A stretch of DNA of 64,000 nt. Origin: Chitinophagales bacterium. GTDB lineage: Bacteria > Bacteroidota > Bacteroidia > Chitinophagales > LD1. Numbering within the stretch: the stretch's first letter is position 1; each line of letters opens with the position of its first letter. The DNA lies in contig JAXLUJ010000013.1 in the NCBI GenBank assembly GCA_046329575.1, forward strand, positions 4,338 through 68,337, written 5' to 3'. Both the position numbers and the translations under genes were made by a program. The notes under the pieces were generated by a model. That model had not been told where the DNA came from. It was given only the letters and a program-made list of their open reading frames with translations, and did no database searches. This document shows positions 55,249-64,000 of the stretch, one piece after another.

Positions 55249-58200
55249 ATGTATATGTTGAAAGAAGCGATTCAAAAGAAAATTCTGGTGCTCGACGGCG
55301 CTATGGGAACCATGATCCAGCGTCACCAACTTACCGAAAATGATTTCCGCGGCAGCCGTTTCGCCGGTCATGGTCATGACCTGAAAGGCAATAACGACCT
55401 GCTTTCCATCACAAGACCTGATATTATTAAAGATATTCATCGCCAATATTTTGAAGCCGGTGCCGACATTGTGGAAACCAATACTTTTTCTTCAACCTGG
55501 ATTGCTCAGGCCGATTATAAATTAGAATCGCTGGCTTATGAACTAAATTACGAATCGGCTAAGATTGCAAAGGAAGTGGCCGCTGAATTCAACCAAAAAA
55601 CTCCCGGCCAACCGCGCTTTGTAGCCGGCGCTTTGGGTCCCACAAACCGAACGGCTTCCATTTCGCCTGATGTCAACAATCCGGGTTTCCGCGCTATAAC
55701 CTTCGATCAACTTGTAGATGCCTATGCCGAACAAACACGCGGCCTGATTGACGGCGGTTGCGATCTGCTTTTGGTAGAAACCGTTTTTGATACGCTGAAT
55801 TGCAAGGCGGCACTTTTTGCTATTAAGAAGGTGCAATTAGAGAAAGGCACGGATGTTCCGGTTTCTGTTTCAGGAACCATTACCGATGCCAGCGGAAGAA
55901 CACTAAGCGGTCAAACAACTGAAGCCTTCTGGATTTCTACCAAACATGCCGGATTGTTTTCCATAGGCCTGAACTGCGCTCTGGGCGCGAAAGACATGCG
56001 CCCGTATCTGGAAACACTGGCCGGCATATCCGATTGTTATGTGAGTGTATATCCAAACGCGGGTTTGCCCAACGCCTTTGGCGGTTACGATGAAACGCCA
56101 CAAATGATGGCTGCTGCCGTGGAAGAATTTTTAAAAAGTGGCTGGGTGAATATTCTGGGCGGCTGTTGCGGCACCACACCCGACCACATCCGCGAATTTG
56201 CCGCGGTGGCCAAAAAATATCAGCCGCGACAAAAACCAAAACGCATCCCATTCCTTCAATTGAGCGGATTGGAACCGGTAACGCTTACGCCTGAAAGTAA
56301 TTTTATGAACGTGGGCGAACGCACCAACGTAACCGGCTCCGCAAAATTTCTCAAACTCATTAAAGAATCGAAGTTTGAAGAAGCGCTGAGCGTAGCCCGC
56401 GAACAAGTGGAAGGCGGCGCACAAGTAATTGACATAAACATGGACGAAGGCATGCTGGACGGTGTGGCTTCAATGAAAACATTTTTGAATCTGGTAGCAG
56501 CCGAACCCGACATCGCACGCGTTCCGGTGATGATTGATTCTTCCAAATTCGAAATTATTGAAGAAGGCTTGAAATGCTTACAGGGCCGTGGTATTGTAAA
56601 TTCTATTTCCCTGAAAAACGGGGAAGAAGAATTCATCAGGCAAGCTTCGTTAATCAATCAGTATGGCGCAGCAGTAATTGTAATGGCTTTTGACGAAAAA
56701 GGTCAGGCCGATTCGTACGAAAGAAGAATTGAAATCTGCGAACGATCGTATAAAATCCTCACTCAAAAAGTAGGCTTTCCTGCTGAGGACATCATTTTCG
56801 ACCCGAATATTTTCCCGGTGGCCACCGGCATGGAAGAGCATCGCCAGAATGCGGTAGATTTTTTCCGCGCTACCAAATGGATTCGTGAAAATTTACCGCA
56901 TGCGCACATCAGCGGCGGCGTGAGCAATGTGAGCTTTTCGTTCCGCGGAAACAATCCCGTACGCGAAGCCATGCACGCTGCATTCCTGTATCACGCCATT
57001 CAAAATGGCATGGATATGGGCATCGTTAATCCCTCGATGCTGGAAGTGTATGATGATATACCGAAAGAATTATTGGAACGCGTGGAAGATGTGTTGCTGG
57101 ATCGCCGCGATGATGCTACCGAGCGTTTGTTAGCATTTGCCGAAACGGTGAAGAAGAAAGACAAAGCTGATGACACTCAGGAATTAGCCTGGCGCCAAAC
57201 TTCAGTGGAAGAACGATTGGCGCATGCGCTGGTAAAAGGCATTGTGGACTTCATTGATGCCGATACCGAAGAAGCCCGGGTGAAATACGGTAAACCACTT
57301 CAGGTAATTGAAGGGCCACTGATGGCAGGTATGAACATTGTGGGCGATTTGTTCGGTCAGGGAAAAATGTTTCTGCCGCAAGTAGTGAAAAGTGCACGGG
57401 TAATGAAGAAATCGGTAGCGTATCTGCAACCTTTTCTGGAAGAAGAAAAAACTTCGGCTACCTCGAATTCAGCAGGAAGAATTTTATTGGCCACGGTAAA
57501 AGGCGATGTTCACGACATTGGAAAGAACATCGTGGCTGTGGTGCTGGCCTGCAATAATTTTGAAATCGTGGATATGGGCGTGATGGTCCCGGCCGATAAA
57601 ATTCTGGAACGTGCTAAAGAAGTGAACGCCGATATTATTGGCCTGAGCGGACTCATTACGCCATCACTGGATGAAATGGTGCATGTGGCCAAAGAAATGG
57701 AACGCCTGAACATGAAGCAGCCTTTATTGATTGGCGGGGCCACCACTTCGAAAATTCATACCGCAGTGAAAATCGCACCCGTGCTTTCTTCGCCGGTTGT
57801 GCATGTACTGGATGCGTCTAAAGGCGTTACCGTGGCTTCACAATTGCTAAGCAAAACCGATGCGGAAAATTTTAAGAAAGAAGTTAAAGCAGAATACGAA
57901 GAAATCAACAGGCAGTTTCTGAGCAAACAGAATAAAGTGAACTATGTTTCGCTGGAAACGGCGCGCAACAATCGCTTTCAATTGGCGGCGCCGGCTGCAA
58001 CGCCCGCTGCTAAAGGCATTCAGGTGTTTGCCGATTATCCGATAGCAGAAATTGCCGCCTTCATCGATTGGTCGCCTTTCTTTTCTACCTGGGAAATGAA
58101 CGGCACCTTCCCTAAGATTTTGGAAAGTGAAAAATATGGTTCGGAAGCCAAAAAATTGTACGCTGATGCGCAGGCCATGTTGCAAAAAATAATCACCGAA

Positions 58201-58872
58201 AAGTGGTTAACTGCAAAAGCGGTGATTGGTATTCACGAAGCCAAAAAGAAAAATGAAACCGTTACGCTGAAGGGCGTCGATTTCCATTTTCTGCGGCAGC
58301 AGGCTGAGAAACCTAAAGGCCAGGCTAACTACTCACTTGCCGATTTTATTGCGGAAGAAAACGATCATTTAGGAACGTTTGCGGTTACAGCAGGAATTGG
58401 CATTGAAAAGAAATTGGAAGAATTTGAAAAACAGCACGACGATTATTCTTCCATCATGCTGAAAGCACTTGCCGACCGGCTGGCAGAAGCGTTCGCCGAA
58501 CTAATGCACAAACGTATTCGTACCGAAATATGGGGATATGCCAAAGAAGAAAATCTCGACAATGAATCACTGATTCGTGAGGCCTATCAGGGCATTCGTC
58601 CCGCACCCGGTTATGCCGCCTGTCCTGACCATACTGAAAAACCATCTATCTGGAAATTGCTGGACGTGGAGAAAAACACAGGAATTAAACTTACGGATAG
58701 TTATGCCATGTATCCAACAGCTTCCGTTTGCGGTTGGTATTTTGCGAATGCAGAAGCTCGTTATTTTGGTGTGGGAAAAATCGAAAAGGATCAGGTTGCG
58801 GAATTAGCCAAAGCGAAAAAACTTCCGGTGGAAGTAATGGAGCGCTGGCTGGGCCCTAACCTTGGCTACTGA
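55249..58872 (+). CDS. metH: Cobalamin-dependent methionine synthase
   Basis: 1207 aa. Hcy- and pterin-binding barrels, B12-binding DxHxxG (GDVHDIGKN) and a C-terminal AdoMet activation domain. Confidence 0.93.
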   Translation: MYMLKEAIQKKILVLDGAMGTMIQRHQLTENDFRGSRFAGHGHDLKGNNDLLSITRPDIIKDIHRQYFEAGADIVETNTFSSTWIAQADYKLESLAYELNYESAKIAKEVAAEFNQKTPGQPRFVAGALGPTNRTASISPDVNNPGFRAITFDQLVDAYAEQTRGLIDGGCDLLLVETVFDTLNCKAALFAIKKVQLEKGTDVPVSVSGTITDASGRTLSGQTTEAFWISTKHAGLFSIGLNCALGAKDMRPYLETLAGISDCYVSVYPNAGLPNAFGGYDETPQMMAAAVEEFLKSGWVNILGGCCGTTPDHIREFAAVAKKYQPRQKPKRIPFLQLSGLEPVTLTPESNFMNVGERTNVTGSAKFLKLIKESKFEEALSVAREQVEGGAQVIDINMDEGMLDGVASMKTFLNLVAAEPDIARVPVMIDSSKFEIIEEGLKCLQGRGIVNSISLKNGEEEFIRQASLINQYGAAVIVMAFDEKGQADSYERRIEICERSYKILTQKVGFPAEDIIFDPNIFPVATGMEEHRQNAVDFFRATKWIRENLPHAHISGGVSNVSFSFRGNNPVREAMHAAFLYHAIQNGMDMGIVNPSMLEVYDDIPKELLERVEDVLLDRRDDATERLLAFAETVKKKDKADDTQELAWRQTSVEERLAHALVKGIVDFIDADTEEARVKYGKPLQVIEGPLMAGMNIVGDLFGQGKMFLPQVVKSARVMKKSVAYLQPFLEEEKTSATSNSAGRILLATVKGDVHDIGKNIVAVVLACNNFEIVDMGVMVPADKILERAKEVNADIIGLSGLITPSLDEMVHVAKEMERLNMKQPLLIGGATTSKIHTAVKIAPVLSSPVVHVLDASKGVTVASQLLSKTDAENFKKEVKAEYEEINRQFLSKQNKVNYVSLETARNNRFQLAAPAATPAAKGIQVFADYPIAEIAAFIDWSPFFSTWEMNGTFPKILESEKYGSEAKKLYADAQAMLQKIITEKWLTAKAVIGIHEAKKKNETVTLKGVDFHFLRQQAEKPKGQANYSLADFIAEENDHLGTFAVTAGIGIEKKLEEFEKQHDDYSSIMLKALADRLAEAFAELMHKRIRTEIWGYAKEENLDNESLIREAYQGIRPAPGYAACPDHTEKPSIWKLLDVEKNTGIKLTDSYAMYPTASVCGWYFANAEARYFGVGKIEKDQVAELAKAKKLPVEVMERWLGPNLGY

Positions 58873-59196
58873 TCAGGGTTTCACCACAATGGTTTGGGTA
58901 ACGTTACTGCTCTTGCCGCCGTTCAGCACCAGCAACAGCACATCGTAATTACCGGCTGAATCGTAAACCGTTTCCGGCCGTCCTTCGTTGCTAATTTCGC
59001 CATTGCCAAAGTCCCATTTATACACCTTGGCGCTGTTACTGCAAGAACCGTCAAATTGCACGGCCTTCCCTACCCTAATGCTATCGGCAGGAGTGGTAAC
59101 TTTAAAACATGCAGCAGGTTGGGTGCCGCATGCGTTCAATCCAAAAAGAAAGGCCGCTATGGCCAATACCACAAAGAGTGATTTCATTTTATTCAA
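58873..59196 (-). CDS. Small PKD-domain lipoprotein
   Basis: 107 aa. Leader LNACGT. PKD motif [10 protein letters not shown]. Confidence 0.7.
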   Translation of the reverse strand: MNKMKSLFVVLAIAAFLFGLNACGTQPAACFKVTTPADSIRVGKAVQFDGSCSNSAKVYKWDFGNGEISNEGRPETVYDSAGNYDVLLLVLNGGKSSNVTQTIVVKP

Positions 59197-60475
59197 TTAT
59201 CAGTAAGTAATAGTTCTTTTTGCCTTTCTGCACCAGCAAACAATTTCCAAATAACAAATCAGCAGCAGCAAGTTTTTTATCGGCTCCAATCTTTACCTTA
59301 TTGATGCTTACGCCATTTCCTTGAATCATTTTGCGTGCTTCGCCTTTTGATGGGAAAACGGCTGATTTTTCGGCCAGTAAAGCAATTACATCGGCTGTTT
59401 CAAAATCGCTTTTTGAAATTCGAAAGGTAACGTTGGCATCAAAAGCATCTTCCAATTCTGAAGAAGAAAGTTTTAGCAACTCCTCTATTCCTGCCGATCC
59501 GAACAGAATATCAGTAGTGTCTTTGGCTTTCTGTAAAGCTTCAGGAGAATGCACCCTGGCGGTAAGCTCATCTGCCAAGGCTTTTTGAAGAATTCGCAAG
59601 TGCGGTGCTTCACGATGTTGCGCCTCTAGTTGTTCTAACGCTTCTTTTTCTTGTAAACTGAAAATCCGGATATAGTTCACCGCATCTTCATCAGCCGCAT
59701 TCAACCAGAATTGATAAAATTTATAGGGCGAAGTTTTTGCCGCATCCAGCCAAACATTACCGCCTTCACTTTTGCCAAACTTGGTGCCATCTGATTTTTT
59801 GATCAGCGGCGTTGTTAGCGCAAATCCTTCCCCACCGGCCTTTCTGCGAATGAGCTCGGTTCCGGTGGTGATATTTCCCCACTGATCGCTGCCGCCCATC
59901 TGTAGTTTCACGCCATGCTTTTCCCACAAATAGAAAAAGTCATAGCCCTGAACCAACTGATAAGCAAATTCGGTAAAACTCATACCATTCTCCAGACGGT
60001 TTTTCACACTGTCTTTCGCCATCATATAATTCACTGAAATATGCTTTCCTACATCGCGAATGAAATCAAGGAACGACATATTTTTAAACCAATCGTAATT
60101 GTTTACAATCATCGCTCCATTCTCACCGCTGAAGTCGAGAAATTTTTCCAGTTGCTTTTTCTGCGCATTCAAATTGCGCTGCAATGTAGCTTCATCCAAC
60201 AAATTGCGCTCTGCGCTTTTGCCCGAAGGATCGCCCACCATTCCCGTAGCGCCTCCCACCAGGGCAATCGGCTTGTGGCCACAACGCTGAAAGTGAAGCA
60301 GCGTCATAATTTGAACCAAATTGCCTACACCTAATGAATCGGCTGTAGGATCAAAACCAATATAGCCGGTAACCACTTCGTTCGTTAACAGTTCTTCTGT
60401 TCCGGGCATAATATCTTTCAGCATGCCGCGCCATTTCAGCTCTTCTACAAAATTTTTTGTCGGTTTCTTCTCCAT
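59189..60475 (-). CDS. tyrS: Tyrosine--tRNA ligase
   Basis: 428 aa. HIGH-region variant ([14 protein letters not shown]), KMSKS variant KFGKS and a C-terminal S4-like domain. Confidence 0.92.
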   Translation of the reverse strand: MEKKPTKNFVEELKWRGMLKDIMPGTEELLTNEVVTGYIGFDPTADSLGVGNLVQIMTLLHFQRCGHKPIALVGGATGMVGDPSGKSAERNLLDEATLQRNLNAQKKQLEKFLDFSGENGAMIVNNYDWFKNMSFLDFIRDVGKHISVNYMMAKDSVKNRLENGMSFTEFAYQLVQGYDFFYLWEKHGVKLQMGGSDQWGNITTGTELIRRKAGGEGFALTTPLIKKSDGTKFGKSEGGNVWLDAAKTSPYKFYQFWLNAADEDAVNYIRIFSLQEKEALEQLEAQHREAPHLRILQKALADELTARVHSPEALQKAKDTTDILFGSAGIEELLKLSSSELEDAFDANVTFRISKSDFETADVIALLAEKSAVFPSKGEARKMIQGNGVSINKVKIGADKKLAAADLLFGNCLLVQKGKKNYYLLIIE

Positions 60476-60532
60476 CGGGCTAAACTAATAATTACTGGCA
60501 GTTAGCCTCGTTTCAATAGCTACATTTACAGC

Positions 60533-62206
60533 ATGCGGTTGAAATTATTCTTGCTTTTTCTTTGTGCTTACGTCACCTTTTTTGCAGTGGCGCAACAACC
60601 TTGGTATCATCACACCACCATCTACCAGATCTATCCGCGATCGTTTGCCGATTCTAACGGCGACGGCATTGGCGATATTCCCGGAATCATCTCAAAGCTC
60701 GACTACATCAAAGATTTGGGCTATGAAACCATTTGGGTTTCGCCATTTTTCGAATCGCCGCAGCAGGATTTTGGGTACGACATTAGCAATTACTGCGACA
60801 TTGCTCCGGAATATGGCACGCTGGATAACGCTATTCAATTAATAGAGGAAGTACACAAACGAAATATGAAAATTGTGTTCGACATGGTGATGAACCACAC
60901 TTCCAGTCAACATGCCTGGTTCCAACGCGATTTGGAGAACAAAACCGATTCTAATCTTTTCTACATCTGGGCTAATAAACCCAATCGTTGGCAGTCCGCC
61001 TTGTTCAAAAAAGGCTGGCATTATGCACCTGAACGAAAACAATACTACTGGGCCAGCTTTCTGCCCTTTCAGCCCGACTTAAATTATAGAAATCCGGAAG
61101 TGAAAAAACAAATGTTTACGCAGGTTCGTTTCTGGTTAGAACACGGAGTGGATGGATTCCGGCTCGACATGTTCAATTCGATTTACAAAGATTCACTATT
61201 GCGCAACAATGCGGCCTCACGCCGGGAGGTTTCAAAACACTACAACACCAAAGGATTTTTCCATACCATAAAAGGCTCCGTAAATCAACCTCAGAGTTTT
61301 GAATTTGCCAAAGAACTTCGAACGGTTTGCGATTCGTTCGGAACAAAAATGTTACTGGGTGAAGTGTTTGGCAACCACGCTATGATCCGCAACTTTTCGG
61401 GTAAGGAGCAGAATGACGGGCTGGGACTGGTCTTCAATTTTGAAATGCTGCGTTTTCACTTCAGCGCGCATTTTTTTAGAAAAACCATAGCCGGTTTGGA
61501 ACGCGACTTCGCCCGTCCATTTGCGCCTGTTTATGTATTCAGCAATCACGATAGGCGCCGAAGCGCCACTCGATTGAAGGGTAATGCGCGAAAAGAAAAA
61601 TTACTCGCCCTGTTACAACTCACTGCCAGAGGAACGGCCTGCATGTATTATGGAGAAGAATTGGGAATGCAAGATGTGCGTATGCCTTATCGAAAGGCTC
61701 TGGACCCTATCCCTCACTTGTATAAAGCGCTGCCGCGATTTTTAGTGGATTGGCATGGCGAAACCCTAAACCGCGACGAATTGCGTACGCCCATGGCCTG
61801 GGATTCCTCTGCAACTGCCGGCTTTTCATCATCAACAAAAACATGGCTGCCCCTTCACGCCGATCACAACATGCGAAATGCAGCATCTGAAATTTCCGAT
61901 TCCACCTCGCTGCTGCAACATGTAAAAAAGCTGCTCCATCTTCGGAATAATAAACCATCTCTTTCCATAGGAACTCTTGAACTTCTTAACCTACCCAAAT
62001 GCCCGAGGAATGTGTTGGTGTATTCCCGCAAATGGGAAGGCGAAGAGTTGTGGATCGTATTGAATTTCAACAAACAGAAACAACACCTGAGTTTACCCAA
62101 CCAACAGCGCCTGATTTATTCCACCGTACCCGCCGTGAAAACAGATAGCGGCTTAAAAATAGATGGATATAGTGGTGTAATTCTGGAAATGGGAAAACGC
62201 CCATAA
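60533..62206 (+). CDS. GH13 alpha-amylase-family glycosidase (oligo-1,6-glucosidase/alpha-glucosidase-like), secreted
   Basis: 557 aa. DGIGDIPG, DMVMNHTS, GVDGFRLDM, GEV and FSNHD conserved regions I-IV. Confidence 0.88.
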   Translation: MRLKLFLLFLCAYVTFFAVAQQPWYHHTTIYQIYPRSFADSNGDGIGDIPGIISKLDYIKDLGYETIWVSPFFESPQQDFGYDISNYCDIAPEYGTLDNAIQLIEEVHKRNMKIVFDMVMNHTSSQHAWFQRDLENKTDSNLFYIWANKPNRWQSALFKKGWHYAPERKQYYWASFLPFQPDLNYRNPEVKKQMFTQVRFWLEHGVDGFRLDMFNSIYKDSLLRNNAASRREVSKHYNTKGFFHTIKGSVNQPQSFEFAKELRTVCDSFGTKMLLGEVFGNHAMIRNFSGKEQNDGLGLVFNFEMLRFHFSAHFFRKTIAGLERDFARPFAPVYVFSNHDRRRSATRLKGNARKEKLLALLQLTARGTACMYYGEELGMQDVRMPYRKALDPIPHLYKALPRFLVDWHGETLNRDELRTPMAWDSSATAGFSSSTKTWLPLHADHNMRNAASEISDSTSLLQHVKKLLHLRNNKPSLSIGTLELLNLPKCPRNVLVYSRKWEGEELWIVLNFNKQKQHLSLPNQQRLIYSTVPAVKTDSGLKIDGYSGVILEMGKRP

Positions 62207-62276
62207 TTTAGGCCAATCCTGCAACCTATGGCTTACAACCCATTGCAATTAATGAGGCAGGAAATAATTTTGCAAG

Positions 62277-62936
62277 GTGCACTTCCTATCGCATTACTTC
62301 ATTGATCGTTCAACTGCCTCGCCTTACTTTGTGGCCGGTGCTTTAATGCCCGATCTGGTTTCGGGTTTTACGAGATATTACAATCAGAAGATCATTCATA
62401 CTGATACGAAACACTTTTCACGACCGGTTCGGGAAATTCACTTGGGCGTGCTCCGCCATTTTGAGGCCGACAAACTATTCCATCAAAAATTGGTTTTCCT
62501 TGAGATGGTCCACCTCCTTCGCGATGAAATGCTGAGGCAGCAACTCAATCGTTCCACATTTCGGATTTCGTTTCTGGCTCATATTGGCATCGAAGCCGTA
62601 CTCGACAAAGTGCTGATGGCAGCTCATCCGCACCTTCTCGATCAGTATTATGCTCATTTACAACAAGTTGAAGATAACGCACCGGAGCGTTTTCTTGATG
62701 AACTAGCCGATGGTTCGGCCAAAAGTGAATTTTTTCATAGATTTCGGTTATTCCGTGAAATGCGTTTTCTGTACCGTATGAAAACGATGAACGGATTGGC
62801 AGAAGGATTATGCCGCACTTACGAAAAAGTAACCGGCGTTAAGATAGCAGGCGTTGATCGGGAAAAATTAGTCCTTTCGCTGAACAATATTGAAGAAAAA
62901 GTACGTTATAGCAGCCAATCACTGTTGGCTTTCTAA
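62277..62936 (+). CDS. Hypothetical protein, possibly ACP phosphodiesterase-like (DUF479/AcpH)
   Basis: 219 aa. N-terminus xFLSHYF…GALMPDL and HLGVLRHFEADKLFH resemble the AcpH N-terminal His/Asp pattern. Weak, from memory. Confidence 0.35.
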   Translation: MHFLSHYFIDRSTASPYFVAGALMPDLVSGFTRYYNQKIIHTDTKHFSRPVREIHLGVLRHFEADKLFHQKLVFLEMVHLLRDEMLRQQLNRSTFRISFLAHIGIEAVLDKVLMAAHPHLLDQYYAHLQQVEDNAPERFLDELADGSAKSEFFHRFRLFREMRFLYRMKTMNGLAEGLCRTYEKVTGVKIAGVDREKLVLSLNNIEEKVRYSSQSLLAF

Positions 62937-62945
62937 ATAAGGATC

Positions 62946-64000
62946 ATGAAATTGAAAAACTGGGTACCGTTTTTAATAGGAGTTGTAGTAACCGCAAACG
63001 GCTTCGGACAGGCCGAAACCCGTAAGTATAGCAACGAGTTTATGGACATTGGCGCCGACGCCAAAGGTCTTTCGATGGGCAACGCGCTCACCGCTTTTCG
63101 CGATGATGTATATGCCGGTTACTTCAATCCTGCGGGATTGGCCAACATCAACAATACTTTTCAGGTAGGGCTTACCCATGCCGAATGGTTTGCCGGAATT
63201 GGAAAGTTTGATGTAGGCGCTGTGGCGGTGCCTTTTGATGATAAAAAACGGGTGATTGGGTTTACCTTTCAACGCTTTGGAGTGGATGACATCCCCAACA
63301 CTTTGTTTTTGTATGGCCCGGATGGAACGCCCGATTACAGCAAGATCTCCTCATTCAGCACGGCCGATTACTCTTTCAATATTCACTATGCACAGAAGTT
63401 CAAGGTAAAGGGACTTACTGCCGGAGGAACGGTTAAGATTGTGTACCGCCACGTGGGAAAATTTGCGAATGCTTATGGTTTCGGTATCGATCTGGGTCTG
63501 CAATATCGCTGGAAAGGATTAAGAACCGGACTGGCCCTGCGCGATATCACCACCACGGCCACATCCTGGTCGTTCAACTTCACTGATGCTGAAAAGGCGA
63601 TTCTGTTGGCCACCGGTAACGAACTGCCGAAAAATTCTACCGAATTGCGCAATCCACTCATTCATTTGGGTGTTGGGTATGAAGTAAATGTGAAAGACAA
63701 GTTCTTCATTCGGCCGGAAGTAGATTTTATTTTTTCTACTGATGGAAAACGCAATACGCTTGTAGCCGGAAAACCAATCAGTATGGACATTGCCGCCGGA
63801 ATGGAACTCGATTTGTTTCATATCGGTTTCATTCGTGTGGGAATGAATAACATCCAGCGCTATTATGCCGAAGATGGTAAAAAGCACTTCACCGTAGCGC
63901 CTTCCATTGGCGCTGGTGTGCGAATTAAAGTGGTTCAAATCGATTATGCGCTGGCTAATTTGACAGCGCTTAAGGACGCATCGCAAAACAACGGCTTGTA
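62946..64000 (+). CDS. PorV/PorQ-family T9SS-associated outer-membrane beta-barrel (partial, runs off window end)
   Basis: Not in the ORF track. My translation from ATG 62946 reads MKLKNWVPFLIGVVVTANGFGQAETRKYSNEFMDIGADAKGLSMGNALTA…, is open to base 64000, and has FadL-like/PorV-type alternating beta-strand composition. Confidence 0.6.
   Translation, partial: MKLKNWVPFLIGVVVTANGFGQAETRKYSNEFMDIGADAKGLSMGNALTAFRDDVYAGYFNPAGLANINNTFQVGLTHAEWFAGIGKFDVGAVAVPFDDKKRVIGFTFQRFGVDDIPNTLFLYGPDGTPDYSKISSFSTADYSFNIHYAQKFKVKGLTAGGTVKIVYRHVGKFANAYGFGIDLGLQYRWKGLRTGLALRDITTTATSWSFNFTDAEKAILLATGNELPKNSTELRNPLIHLGVGYEVNVKDKFFIRPEVDFIFSTDGKRNTLVAGKPISMDIAAGMELDLFHIGFIRVGMNNIQRYYAEDGKKHFTVAPSIGAGVRIKVVQIDYALANLTALKDASQNNGL

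Overview
This is a chromosomal window from a Bacteroidota genome. The evidence is T9SS components, many T9SS C-terminal-domain (CTD) cargo proteins, PorP/SprF, a Bacteroidetes-type LptD-like protein, a DUF3276/PUR-like protein and a Sec-type clade II nosZ. I support about 47 protein genes and saw no rRNA, tRNA, CRISPR, transposase or integrase.

Left end: the first ~591 codons of nitrous-oxide reductase (running off the window), preceded by a lipoprotein cytochrome c, then a lipoprotein-RIC-Rrf2 (NO-stress type) operon.

Middle: mostly housekeeping genes (pyrR-pyrB, nusB, Leu dehydrogenase, ABC exporter, hslR, Nif3-like, amidase, lptD-like). Also here are a split LigD (NHEJ) pair, a ~1766-aa PKD/T9SS surface protein, and a divergent dinB / LexA-like S24 repressor pair.

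Right end: lpxH-like gene, a clear SAM-I riboswitch in front of metH, tyrS, a GH13 enzyme and a PorV/PorQ-like porin (partial).

Best candidate for something new: a tightly packed five-ORF minus-strand cluster (41958-54017) of uncharacterised secreted/T9SS proteins.
- A signal-peptide-bearing 500-aa ORF and a CTD-bearing 2246-aa ORF share one reading frame, interrupted only by a single TAG.
- They are followed by two near-identical tandem paralogs and a small secreted protein.
- There are sharp GC-content steps inside the cluster.

Second: two ~14-unit heptanucleotide (TCTTGCN) tandem arrays in the same orientation bracket an orphan porP/sprF-ompA module, with a 9-bp GT-rich array next to one of them.

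Coordinates of non-ORF features were counted by hand and may be off by 1-2 nt. All family assignments are from motif recognition, not database searches.
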